From contig JBKHYD010000015.1 of the NCBI GenBank assembly GCA_046565645.1, forward strand, positions 114,268-178,267: DNA of 64,000 nucleotides, read 5' to 3'. This document shows, one piece after another, positions 12,499 through 22,632 of this stretch. The position numbers and the translations under genes are program-made. This DNA is from Acidimicrobiia bacterium. GTDB taxonomy: Bacteria; Actinomycetota; Acidimicrobiia; Acidimicrobiales; VFJN01. The notes under the pieces are model-generated. The model saw only the letters and a program-made list of their open reading frames with translations, was not told the DNA's origin and ran no database searches. Position 1 is the first letter of the stretch. Every line of letters starts with the position of its first letter.

Positions 12499-12500
12499 AG

Positions 12501-13496
12501 TCAGATGGTGACGTAGCCGGGGACGCGGTGGTGCGGGGTGTCGAGATGCACCTTCGCCTCAGGGGGGCTCTTGAACTTCCCATGCGACCACCGCACCTCG
12601 ACGTGTCCCGAGACACGACGGTTCACCCCACTCCTCAGCTCCTCGACCTGAGCGCTCCAGGTGACGACGGGCTGGTCGCTGGCCTGGGTACCCACCTGGA
12701 AGCCCGTGAGGCGATAGCGCTGTCGCCAATCCCATGGCGTCTCCACTCTGAGACGAAGCGTGTGGGCCTTGTCTGTACCGAGCACGAAGTAGGGGGCACT
12801 ACCGATTCGGAGTAGCCGCCAAAGCAGCTGCTCCGGCGTCCGGGCACTGGCGAGCGCGTCCTGCCATCGCTGGGCGGTCCTCGACGCCACTACCGAGGCG
12901 AAGCGACGGGCGTCGGACCGGAGCTCATCCGGCCATCGCTTGGCCAATGCCAGGGCAAGCGCTCTGCGATCGTCCGATGTCAGCCGATCGAACCCCGAGA
13001 ACGGAAGACCCACGTGGCGACAGGCGGCGCCGCAGAGCTCGTCCAGCTCGTCGCCGGCGACCGTTCGGTACCAGTCGACTCCTCGAAGGCCCTGGCCACC
13101 TGCCAGCAGGCGGTCGAACAAGTAGTGCGGTGAGGCGTTCAAGACGATTCTCGACAGGTACTTGCAGGAGACCAAGTAGACGTGGTCAACCCGAAGGTCG
13201 GCGGGCACCGCCTCATCACCAGGTGACCGCGTTGCCCCCTTCCACTCGACGATGCGCGGCACACGACCTCGTAGACCGTCGTCCGCCTCGAGGAATGCTC
13301 GGCCGTTGGTCCACGCCGCTAGGAACTCGGCGCGCATAGCGCCCCCGACATAGAGGGACCGAAGCAGACCCCACAACTCCGGGGACACGCTCACCATCTC
13401 CCGTGGTTCGCGGTGGATGGCTTCCTCAGGCGAGTCATCCCCGAGCATCCCCAGCCCGGTCATCAGTTCAGTGACGATGGTCTTCCTGGAGGCCAG
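12501..13496 (-). CDS. Putative PD-(D/E)XK-like restriction endonuclease
   Basis: VPADLRVDHVYLVSCK resembles a D...SxK nuclease core; same operon as a DNA methyltransferase; start either CTG 13496 after GAGGAG or ATG 13463. Confidence 0.6.
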   Translation of the reverse strand: MASRKTIVTELMTGLGMLGDDSPEEAIHREPREMVSVSPELWGLLRSLYVGGAMRAEFLAAWTNGRAFLEADDGLRGRVPRIVEWKGATRSPGDEAVPADLRVDHVYLVSCKYLSRIVLNASPHYLFDRLLAGGQGLRGVDWYRTVAGDELDELCGAACRHVGLPFSGFDRLTSDDRRALALALAKRWPDELRSDARRFASVVASRTAQRWQDALASARTPEQLLWRLLRIGSAPYFVLGTDKAHTLRLRVETPWDWRQRYRLTGFQVGTQASDQPVVTWSAQVEELRSGVNRRVSGHVEVRWSHGKFKSPPEAKVHLDTPHHRVPGYVTI

Positions 13497-13499
13497 CTG

Positions 13500-13820
13500 T
13501 TACTCCTCGTCGTCGAACAGTGGCGAGAACTGGAGCTCGGTGGCTGCGAACTCGACATCGCGAGCCGTGAAGAGATCCTCGGAGGCGTAGACGTCGACCT
13601 CAACCTCCATGGCATCCATCCATGCATAGACCGCGTCCGCCCAACGCTCCTCCAGGAGGGCAGCACGAAGCTCGTCTCGCAGCGCCGGTTCGAGCTGCGC
13701 TGCCGGAGTTCGGGCGACCAGACGGAGGGCAAGGACCCAGTTCATGATGTCCATGTCCTCGGCGATGAAGACCGACGGCGGGTCATCCCGGACTACAGCC
13801 ACCGATACGATGCGCGGCAC
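13500..13820 (-). CDS. Small acidic hypothetical protein (~106 aa)
   Basis: GTG 13820 lies 1 nt after the MTase stop; fills the gap between MTase and nuclease-like genes. Confidence 0.65.
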   Translation of the reverse strand: MPRIVSVAVVRDDPPSVFIAEDMDIMNWVLALRLVARTPAAQLEPALRDELRAALLEERWADAVYAWMDAMEVEVDVYASEDLFTARDVEFAATELQFSPLFDDEE

Positions 13821-13821
13821 T

Positions 13822-15384
13822 TCAGGATGTCCTCCGCAGGTCCTTTTCTCGCCAGAACCCGAGCAAGGGCAAGCCATCCGCACTGAAGCCGCCAGCGGCG
13901 TAGTGGCGAAGTCGATTGAAGTCCTCGCGACTCTCCATCTCGATCACGTCGAACACGGAGCTTTGCCCGACTGCACGTAGTGCCACATCCCCCTCGCTCC
14001 CAGGCCGTGGCAGGTGTGACGACATCAGCACATACGGCACCCCGGCCAGCTCTTTCGCCGAGTGGCGGTTCGAGGCCACCACGTGAGCACGGCCCAGTGC
14101 CTTCCACACAGTGTCGGTCCGCAGCAGACCCCCGCGCGTGGTGGTGTAGGCGCCCGATACGTCGAAGTACCAGGGCGTTCCTGATGCGTCCCTGGCAATG
14201 ATGTTCACAACCACTCCGAGGCCGCGCAGCCGAGTGTTGCGCTTGGCGATCTCGAAGCCAGCGGCCTCCAGCAGTTCAGCCGCATACTGCTGCGCCGCGA
14301 GGCCCTCTTTCGATGCTCGAGCCTGGAAATCGTCCTCCACGGAAGGTGCCGGTGCGGAGGGAACGGCAGTTCCCGTCTTCGGGCTGACCATCTCGCCCAA
14401 CGGCCGTTCCGCAACAACGGCCTCAACGCGACCTCGTGCGATGGCGACGTACTCCGGGTCTAGGTCATAACCGACGTACCGCCGGCGCCACTTGGCAGCT
14501 GCAGCGAGGCTCGTTCCTGAACCCATGAACGGGTCGAGAACGAGGTCGTCTTCATACGTGTAGAGGTGGATCAGCCGCTCGGGCAGCTCGATGGGGAATG
14601 GCGCAGGGTGACCAACCCGCTTCGCCTGTTCGGGCTGGATCTTCCACACGTCGAGCGTGGCTTCCATGAACTCGTCGGTGTTGAGCGTGTTCCGGTGGGG
14701 AAGCGGTGGTTCATGCCGCTCCCGATCCTTCACTGGGATGGCTCGGTCAAATCGGCCCTTGCTTGCGATCAAGACCCTCTCGGTCAGATCCCGGAGCACC
14801 GGGTTAGCCGCGCTTCGAAACGATCCCCAGGCGCAGGACCCAGCAGCTCCCTCTCCCTTCTGCCAGATGACCTCCCCTCGCATGAGCATGCGCAGGTCGT
14901 CTTGAAGGATCGTGATGACGTCGGCAGAGAGAGACCGGTAAGGCTTCCTACCGAGGTTCGCGACATTGATCGCCATTCGACCGCCGGGCTCGAGCACTCG
15001 GTAGCACTCCTCGAGGACGCCCCGCAGCATGTCGATGTACTCGGCATACGTCGTCGGAACACCCTCGCGGTCGAGCTCCTCCTCGTACTGCTTGCCGACG
15101 AAGTAGGGGGGGGATGTGACGACGAGAGCCACCGAAGCGTCGGGGAGGGGGTTGGGGTCGGACCTGATGTCATGGTTGCGGAAGGGCTCCTCGACGACGA
15201 AAGGCCCGTGGATCTCCGACGACCGATCAATCAGCGGTGCCGTGAAGCGGCCGTAGAAGCCGCTGGCGTCGTGGTTCTCGCGCCGGGACACGCCGAAGCT
15301 CGACGTGGTGGTGCCCCGTCTGCGCTGCGCGCTCGGCTCCGCGCCTCCGGCCACTGCTGCCAACCCTCTCGTCGATCGCGCCAC
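13822..15384 (-). CDS. Amino-DNA methyltransferase (beta class, N4-C/N6-A type) with C-terminal degenerate YraN/PD-(D/E)XK-like domain
   Basis: VVTSPPY (motif IV), HPAPFP, LDPFMGSGTS (motif I) in beta order; 3' part of track ORF 13822..17346; TAGGGT 7 nt upstream of the GTG. Confidence 0.9.
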   Translation of the reverse strand: MARSTRGLAAVAGGAEPSAQRRRGTTTSSFGVSRRENHDASGFYGRFTAPLIDRSSEIHGPFVVEEPFRNHDIRSDPNPLPDASVALVVTSPPYFVGKQYEEELDREGVPTTYAEYIDMLRGVLEECYRVLEPGGRMAINVANLGRKPYRSLSADVITILQDDLRMLMRGEVIWQKGEGAAGSCAWGSFRSAANPVLRDLTERVLIASKGRFDRAIPVKDRERHEPPLPHRNTLNTDEFMEATLDVWKIQPEQAKRVGHPAPFPIELPERLIHLYTYEDDLVLDPFMGSGTSLAAAAKWRRRYVGYDLDPEYVAIARGRVEAVVAERPLGEMVSPKTGTAVPSAPAPSVEDDFQARASKEGLAAQQYAAELLEAAGFEIAKRNTRLRGLGVVVNIIARDASGTPWYFDVSGAYTTTRGGLLRTDTVWKALGRAHVVASNRHSAKELAGVPYVLMSSHLPRPGSEGDVALRAVGQSSVFDVIEMESREDFNRLRHYAAGGFSADGLPLLGFWREKDLRRTS

Positions 15385-15492
15385 ACCGTGGACCCTACGC
15401 AGGGGGTGTGACGGCCAGCGCCACGCTACCGACCGGCGCGCGCGGCCGCGAGCACCCGGTCGCCGTCGATGGGCCCAGGGGGCGCCCGGTAG

Positions 15493-17721
<2,229 letters not shown>

Positions 17722-17732
17722 CCGCTTCCTTC

Positions 17733-17864
17733 GCGTGCGCTGACCGACCCATCCGGTCGATCCGCGCACGCGTGTCGGTCCGCGCACGCCACGCCTCCGA
17801 GAGCGGTGCGTGCACTCGTCGACCTCGGCGGTCGATCTGCGCACGCGTGTCGGTCTGCGCACGC
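17733..17864. repeat. REP/BIME-like mosaic of direct and inverted repeats between convergent icd and metF
   Basis: 35-bp direct repeat GGTCGATCyGCGCACGCGTGTCGGTCyGCGCACGC at 17755-17789 and 17830-17864; inverted partial copy at 17733-17748. Confidence 0.75.
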
Positions 17865-17885
17865 GACCCCGCACCGGGCCGTCGG

Positions 17886-18740
17886 CTATCGATCGAGGGC
17901 GGCGACGACCTCGCGGACGCTCTCGCTGCGGTTGAGGGCGTAGAGGTGGAGGCCCGGGGCCCCGGCCGACAGCAGCGCCCGGCTGAGCTCGATGGCGACT
18001 TCGACGCCGATCTTGCGGACCTCCTCCGGCTGGCCGTCGGCCGCGTCGAGGCGGGCCTGCAGGGCGTCGGGGATGGCGGTGCCGTTCATGGCCGCCATGC
18101 GGCGCACGCCGGCGACGCTGGCGATGGGCATGACCCCGGGGATCACGGGCTTGTGGCTGCCGAGGGCGGCCAGCTCCTCAACCAGGCGCTCGTACACCTC
18201 GACGGTGAAGAAGAACTGGGTCATGGCGAAGTCGGCCAGCTCGAGCTTGGCGACCAGGTGGCGCCGGTCGCTCTCGCGGTCGGGCGAGCGGGGGTGGACC
18301 TCGGGGTGGGCGGCCACGCCGACCGAGAAGCCGGCATCGTGGGCCCGGACCTGCTCGACCAGCTGGACGGCGTGGTCGTAGTCCCCGGTCACCGGCGAGC
18401 CGTCGGCGGGCGGATCCCCGCCGAGGGCGAGGATGTTCTCGACGCCGCGGGCGCCGTAGTGGTCGATCAGCTCGGCGATGTCAGCCCGGGTGTGGCCCAC
18501 GCAGGTGAGGTGCGGCATGGCCGGGAACGGCTGCTCGGCCTCGATGCGGGTGACGACGTCGCGCGTGCGCTCCCGCGTGCTGCCGAGCGCCCCGTAGGTG
18601 ACCGACACGAACGACGGCTCCAGCTCGGCCAGCTCCACGACGCACTTCTCGAGCTGCCGCTCGGCCTCGTCCGTCTTGGGCGGGAACAGCTCGAAGGAGA
18701 GCGTCCGCCCGGCGGCGAGGAGGTCGGCGATCCGCGTCAT
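17886..18740 (-). CDS. metF: 5,10-methylenetetrahydrofolate reductase
   Basis: SFELFPPKT, FVSVTYGA, HLTCV, ILALGGDPP, TQFFF, GLHLYALN. Confidence 0.92.
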   Translation of the reverse strand: MTRIADLLAAGRTLSFELFPPKTDEAERQLEKCVVELAELEPSFVSVTYGALGSTRERTRDVVTRIEAEQPFPAMPHLTCVGHTRADIAELIDHYGARGVENILALGGDPPADGSPVTGDYDHAVQLVEQVRAHDAGFSVGVAAHPEVHPRSPDRESDRRHLVAKLELADFAMTQFFFTVEVYERLVEELAALGSHKPVIPGVMPIASVAGVRRMAAMNGTAIPDALQARLDAADGQPEEVRKIGVEVAIELSRALLSAGAPGLHLYALNRSESVREVVAALDR

Positions 18741-18789
18741 GGCCGGACCACGCTACGGCTCAGGTGCCCATTGCAGCCAGGACGGGCGT

Positions 18790-19656
18790 TCAGGCGGCCA
18801 CCGCGGCACGGCGCTCGGCCGCCTCGACGAGGTTGCGGAACAGCATGGCGATCGTGGTGGGACCGACCCCGCCCACGCGGGGGGTGATCCAGCCGGCCAC
18901 CTCCTCGCAGGCCTCGTCGACGTCGGGCAGCAGCTTCGTGCCCTCGTAGCGGACGCCGGCGCCGACCACGACGCCGCCGGGGCGGATGTGCTCGGGCTGG
19001 ATCATGCCTGGCACGCCGGCGGCGGCCACGAGGATGTCGGCCTCCCGGGTGTAGGCGGCCCAGTCCGGCACCCCGGTGTGGACCATCGTCACCGCCGCGT
19101 TGGCGGTGGGGCGCTTCTGCGACAGCAGGATGCTGAGCGGCCGGCCGATGGTGACGCCCCGCCCCACGACGACGACGTGCCGCCCGGCCACCGGGATCTC
19201 GTAGTGGGTGAGGATGGCCTCGATCCCGGCCGGGGTGCACGACACCGGCCCGGGGATCCCGAGCGCAAGGCGCCCGACGTTGGTGGGGTGCAGCCCGTCG
19301 ACGTCCTTGTCGGGGTCGACGGCCATGAGCACGGCGTCGAAGTCCACCTGCGGCGGCGCCGGGTACTGCACGAGCATGGCGTCGACGGCCGGATCCTCGT
19401 TGAGGGCGTGGACGGCCTCGATGGCCTGCTCGGTGGTGCAGTCGGCCGGCAGGTGCACGTGCGGGCTGTTGCACCCGAGCTCCTCGGCCTTGCGCATCTT
19501 CATGCCGACGTACCGGGCCGAGGGCCCGTCGTCGCCGATCAGCACCGTGGCCAGCCCGGGCGTGTGCCCCGCTGCCCGCAGCTTCTCGATCCGCGGCCCC
19601 AGGTCGGCGAACACGGCCTCGGCCACGGGACCACCCGGCATCATCACAGCGCTCAT
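18790..19656 (-). CDS. folD: Methylenetetrahydrofolate dehydrogenase/cyclohydrolase
   Basis: PDKDVDGLHP, SCTPAGI, VVVGRG..IGRP, ITPRVGGVGPTT; ATG 19656 with TAGAGT 8 nt upstream. Confidence 0.95.
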   Translation of the reverse strand: MSAVMMPGGPVAEAVFADLGPRIEKLRAAGHTPGLATVLIGDDGPSARYVGMKMRKAEELGCNSPHVHLPADCTTEQAIEAVHALNEDPAVDAMLVQYPAPPQVDFDAVLMAVDPDKDVDGLHPTNVGRLALGIPGPVSCTPAGIEAILTHYEIPVAGRHVVVVGRGVTIGRPLSILLSQKRPTANAAVTMVHTGVPDWAAYTREADILVAAAGVPGMIQPEHIRPGGVVVGAGVRYEGTKLLPDVDEACEEVAGWITPRVGGVGPTTIAMLFRNLVEAAERRAAVAA

Positions 19657-19782
19657 CGAAGCCGACTCTAGGGCGGAGGCTCGACCGGCCCGCCATGCTG
19701 CCGACCGCCCCCGGGCCGTGGAGCTGCATCGCTCGGCCCGCCGCACAGCGCCTGAACACCATCGACGCCAACACGTTCGCGA

Positions 19783-19932
19783 CAGCGTTCTGCGAAAGCG
19801 AGACACGCCGAGCCCACTCCGACACCAGGAATCGGGCAGTGTTCTGCGAAACGGGAGGCCAGCCTGTTAGGGGCACCAGTTCCCCCCGCATCAAGGCTCG
19901 CCGCAGTGGCGACGATTTCGCAGAACACTGCC
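19783..19932. repeat. Dispersed CAGYGTTCTGCGAAA repeats, including a perfect 17-bp inverted pair
   Basis: GGCAGTGTTCTGCGAAA at 19835-19851 and its reverse complement at 19916-19932; one-mismatch direct copy at 19783-19797. Confidence 0.7.
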
Positions 19933-20176
19933 GGGATCGGGAGGGTTCGGCTCCCCCCGCCTGCTCGAGCACCCGTTGCTCGGACGGCGGGGCTGGACGG
20001 TGACCCGGTCACCGCTGGCGGCGCCATGACGATCTGACCCATCGATCGTCGCATGGTTGAGCACGAGCCCGTCGTGCCATGGGTACGCGAGCTGTCGCAC
20101 GCTCTGGGTGTCGATCACCTCGAGCGGGCGACGATCGCAGGATGCCGCACCGCCTCGTGGAACCATCGCGGTCGGA

Positions 20177-20473
20177 TCAACGGAGGGCAGCGATGTCGCC
20201 GGCGACCTGGGCTCGCATCCAGCGCAGGGTGGACCGGGCGAGGCCGCGTGACCGGTAGCTACCTCGGCGGACCCGGACGGCGCGACCCCGGTGCAGCTCC
20301 CAGCGGAGCGCATCCGAGATGGCCTTGCGGGCGTCGCCGCTCGTGCTGTGACCGCGCCGAGCGAGCGCGGCCGCGAGCTCGTCGAGGGCCATCGTCCGTT
20401 GCGCCTCGTGCAGCAGGACCGCCGCCGCGTACCGCAGCCGCCGGCCCGTGAGCACCGTCGGTTCCGTCGCCAT
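20177..20473 (-). CDS. Small basic hypothetical protein, possible winged-helix DNA-binding protein
   Basis: LDELAAAL...KAISDALRWE..RGRAVRVRRGSY helix-helix-wing pattern; similar to small actinobacterial proteins I recall (not searched). Confidence 0.55.
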   Translation of the reverse strand: MATEPTVLTGRRLRYAAAVLLHEAQRTMALDELAAALARRGHSTSGDARKAISDALRWELHRGRAVRVRRGSYRSRGLARSTLRWMRAQVAGDIAALR

Positions 20474-20538
20474 CGGCCCATGGTGTCGAGCGCCTACGAC
20501 AGCGGCCGTTCGTCACCGCGGGCGGCGTCGTGGCGCCC

Positions 20539-20883
20539 TCAGGTGGGGAGGTCGAGGATGAGGGCGATCGTCTCCCGGATCTGGGCGAGCGCCACCTGAC
20601 CGGCGTTGCCGCGCACGCCCACGATCCGCTGCGGCGACACCGCCCGGAGGTGCTGGCACTGGGCCGCCGAGACCGCCTCGAGCCCGTTCGACGCCTCGGG
20701 CTCGATGACGACCTCGGAGTGGAACGGGCGGATGGTGCTGGTCAGCGGGACGACGTGGACGACCGTGGGCGAGGCCTCGAGGATGCGCTGGGCGGTGACC
20801 AGGACTGCCGGGTGGCGGAAGCCCGCCTCCCGTCCCTCGGGAACGCCCAGCTCGAGGTCGACGACGTCACCCGAGGTCAGCAT
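20539..20883 (-). CDS. PemK/MazF family toxin (endoribonuclease)
   Basis: GDVVDLELG.PEGREAGFRHPAVLVT, VVPLTST, QCQHLRAVS. Confidence 0.9.
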   Translation of the reverse strand: MLTSGDVVDLELGVPEGREAGFRHPAVLVTAQRILEASPTVVHVVPLTSTIRPFHSEVVIEPEASNGLEAVSAAQCQHLRAVSPQRIVGVRGNAGQVALAQIRETIALILDLPT

Positions 20884-21061
20884 CCAGCCACGCGGTCTCG
20901 TCGCGGCGCAGAGGTGTGGCCAGGTCGGACCCGACGCGGTCCTGGCGCAGAGCGCGGACGGCGAGGGTCACGGTGTTGCCGACCGTCGTGTGCAGCTCGG
21001 CCGCCAGGCGCTTCAGCTCCTCGTGGGTGGCGGTGTCGATCCTCACGCTCGTGCTCTGCAT
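20867..21061 (-). CDS. Ribbon-helix-helix type antitoxin (64 aa)
   Basis: MQSTSVRIDTATHEELKRLAA; overlaps the toxin start; TATGCT 7 nt upstream of the ATG. Confidence 0.8.
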   Translation of the reverse strand: MQSTSVRIDTATHEELKRLAAELHTTVGNTVTLAVRALRQDRVGSDLATPLRRDETAWLDADLG

Positions 21062-21093
21062 GCAGATCAGCATACAGGGGCGACGACCGCCGA

Positions 21094-22632
21094 TCAGTGC
21101 AGGAAGTGGCGCTCTCCGGTGAAGACCATGGCGAGGCCGAGCTCGTCGGCCTTGGCGGTGTTCTCGTCGTCTCGCATGGCTCCGCCCGGTTGGATGACAA
21201 CGGCCACGCCGGCCTCGGCGGCGGCCTCGATGCCGTCCGGGAAGGGGTAGAAGGCGTCGCTGGCGCAGGCGCCGCCGGCCGCCCGGCCGGCCGCCTTGGC
21301 CGCCGCGATCTGGCCCGCCTCGACCCGGTTCTGCTGACCGGCTCCGATGCCCCAGGCCACGCCGTCCTTCACCAGCACGATGGAGTTCGACTTCACCCAC
21401 CCGACCAGGCGCCAGGCCAGCTCGGCGTCGGCCCACTCGGCCTCGGTGGGCTGGCGCTTCGTCACGACCCGCCAGTCGGGCCGGGAGGCGGCGAAGTGGT
21501 GGGCGTCCTGGACCAGCCAGGAGCCGGTGAGCTGGCGAACCTGGAGCTTGTCGGGGGTTGGTGGTGTGGCGGTGAGGAGGCGGGTGTTCTTGCGCTTGGC
21601 GGCCAGGGCCTCGATGACGCCGTCGGCGTAGCCAGGCGCGATGACGACGTCGGCCTGGGCGGCGGCCACCATGCGCTCGACGGTGGCCTCGTCCACCTCG
21701 TGGGAGAGGGCCACGATGCCGCCGAAGGCGCTGCGCTCGTCGCACTCGAAGGCCCGCTGGTAGGCGTCGGCCAGGTCGTTGGCGACCGCGGCGCCGCAGG
21801 GGTTGGCGTGCTTGATGATCGCCACCGCCGGCCTCCCGGTGGTCTGGGTCAGGTCGTTGGCCAGGCCCCAGGCGGCGTCGGCGTCGAAGAGGTTGAGGTA
21901 GCTGAGGGCCATGCCGCCGTGCTGCTCGACCTCGTCCCACCAAGAGGTGGAGCCGATCTCGCGGTAGCGGGCGCCGGTCTGGTGCGGGTTCTCGCCGTAG
22001 CGGAGGTCGTGCACCCGCTCGAGGGAGAGGTGGAGCGTGGGCGGCAGCGTCTCGCCGGCCACGTCGTCGAACCAGCGCACGACCGACGCGTCGTAGGCAG
22101 CGGTGTGGGCGAAGGCGGCGCGGGCCAGGGACCGCTTGGTGGCGTCGGAGAGCACCCCGCCGGCCTTCAGCTCGTCGACGACGGTGGCGTACTGCGACGG
22201 GTGGGTGACGACGCCGACGTCCTTGAAGTTCTTGGCCGCGGCCCGGATCATGGCCGGCCCGCCGATGTCGATGAGCTCCTCGGCCCGGCTGGCCCCGTGC
22301 TCGAAGTCGGAGAGGTCGGAGCCGAAGGGGTAGAGGTTGGTGACCACGAGGTCGATCGGCTCGATGCCGTACTCGGCCATCTCCCGCTGGTGGTCGTGGT
22401 TGTGGCGGTCGGCCAGGATGCCGCCGTGCACCTTCGGGTGCAGCGTCACCACCCGGTGGCTGAGGATGGCGGGGAAGCCCGTGAGCTCGGCCACATCGGT
22501 GACAGCCAGCCCGGCCTCCCGCAGCGCGCCGGCGGTGCCGCCGCTCGAGATCAGGTCCCAGCCCATGCTCCGCAGCTCGCGGGCGAGCTCGACGACGCCG
22601 GACTTGTCGTAGACGGACAGCAGTGCCCTCAT
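21094..22632 (-). CDS. purH: Bifunctional AICAR transformylase/IMP cyclohydrolase
   Basis: MRALLSVYDKSG, IDIGGPAMIRAAAKN, LRYGENPHQ, IKHANPCG, FTGERHFLH; ATGA overlap with purN. Confidence 0.95.
   Translation of the reverse strand: MRALLSVYDKSGVVELARELRSMGWDLISSGGTAGALREAGLAVTDVAELTGFPAILSHRVVTLHPKVHGGILADRHNHDHQREMAEYGIEPIDLVVTNLYPFGSDLSDFEHGASRAEELIDIGGPAMIRAAAKNFKDVGVVTHPSQYATVVDELKAGGVLSDATKRSLARAAFAHTAAYDASVVRWFDDVAGETLPPTLHLSLERVHDLRYGENPHQTGARYREIGSTSWWDEVEQHGGMALSYLNLFDADAAWGLANDLTQTTGRPAVAIIKHANPCGAAVANDLADAYQRAFECDERSAFGGIVALSHEVDEATVERMVAAAQADVVIAPGYADGVIEALAAKRKNTRLLTATPPTPDKLQVRQLTGSWLVQDAHHFAASRPDWRVVTKRQPTEAEWADAELAWRLVGWVKSNSIVLVKDGVAWGIGAGQQNRVEAGQIAAAKAAGRAAGGACASDAFYPFPDGIEAAAEAGVAVVIQPGGAMRDDENTAKADELGLAMVFTGERHFLH

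Noticed and set aside
17733-17864. Possible mini CRISPR array
   Set aside because: Only two direct units mixed with inverted copies, no series of unique equal-length spacers and no cas genes.
19657-19900. ZTP (pfl) or folate-related riboswitch upstream of folD or purN-purH
   Set aside because: I could not find the conserved GACUGGCG...CGCCUGGG pseudoknot pattern, and both genes look leaderless; an Rfam scan would settle it.
19695-20003. 102-aa ORF and overlapping ORFs in the repeat tract
   Set aside because: Not protein-like, built across the repeats, atypical codon pattern.
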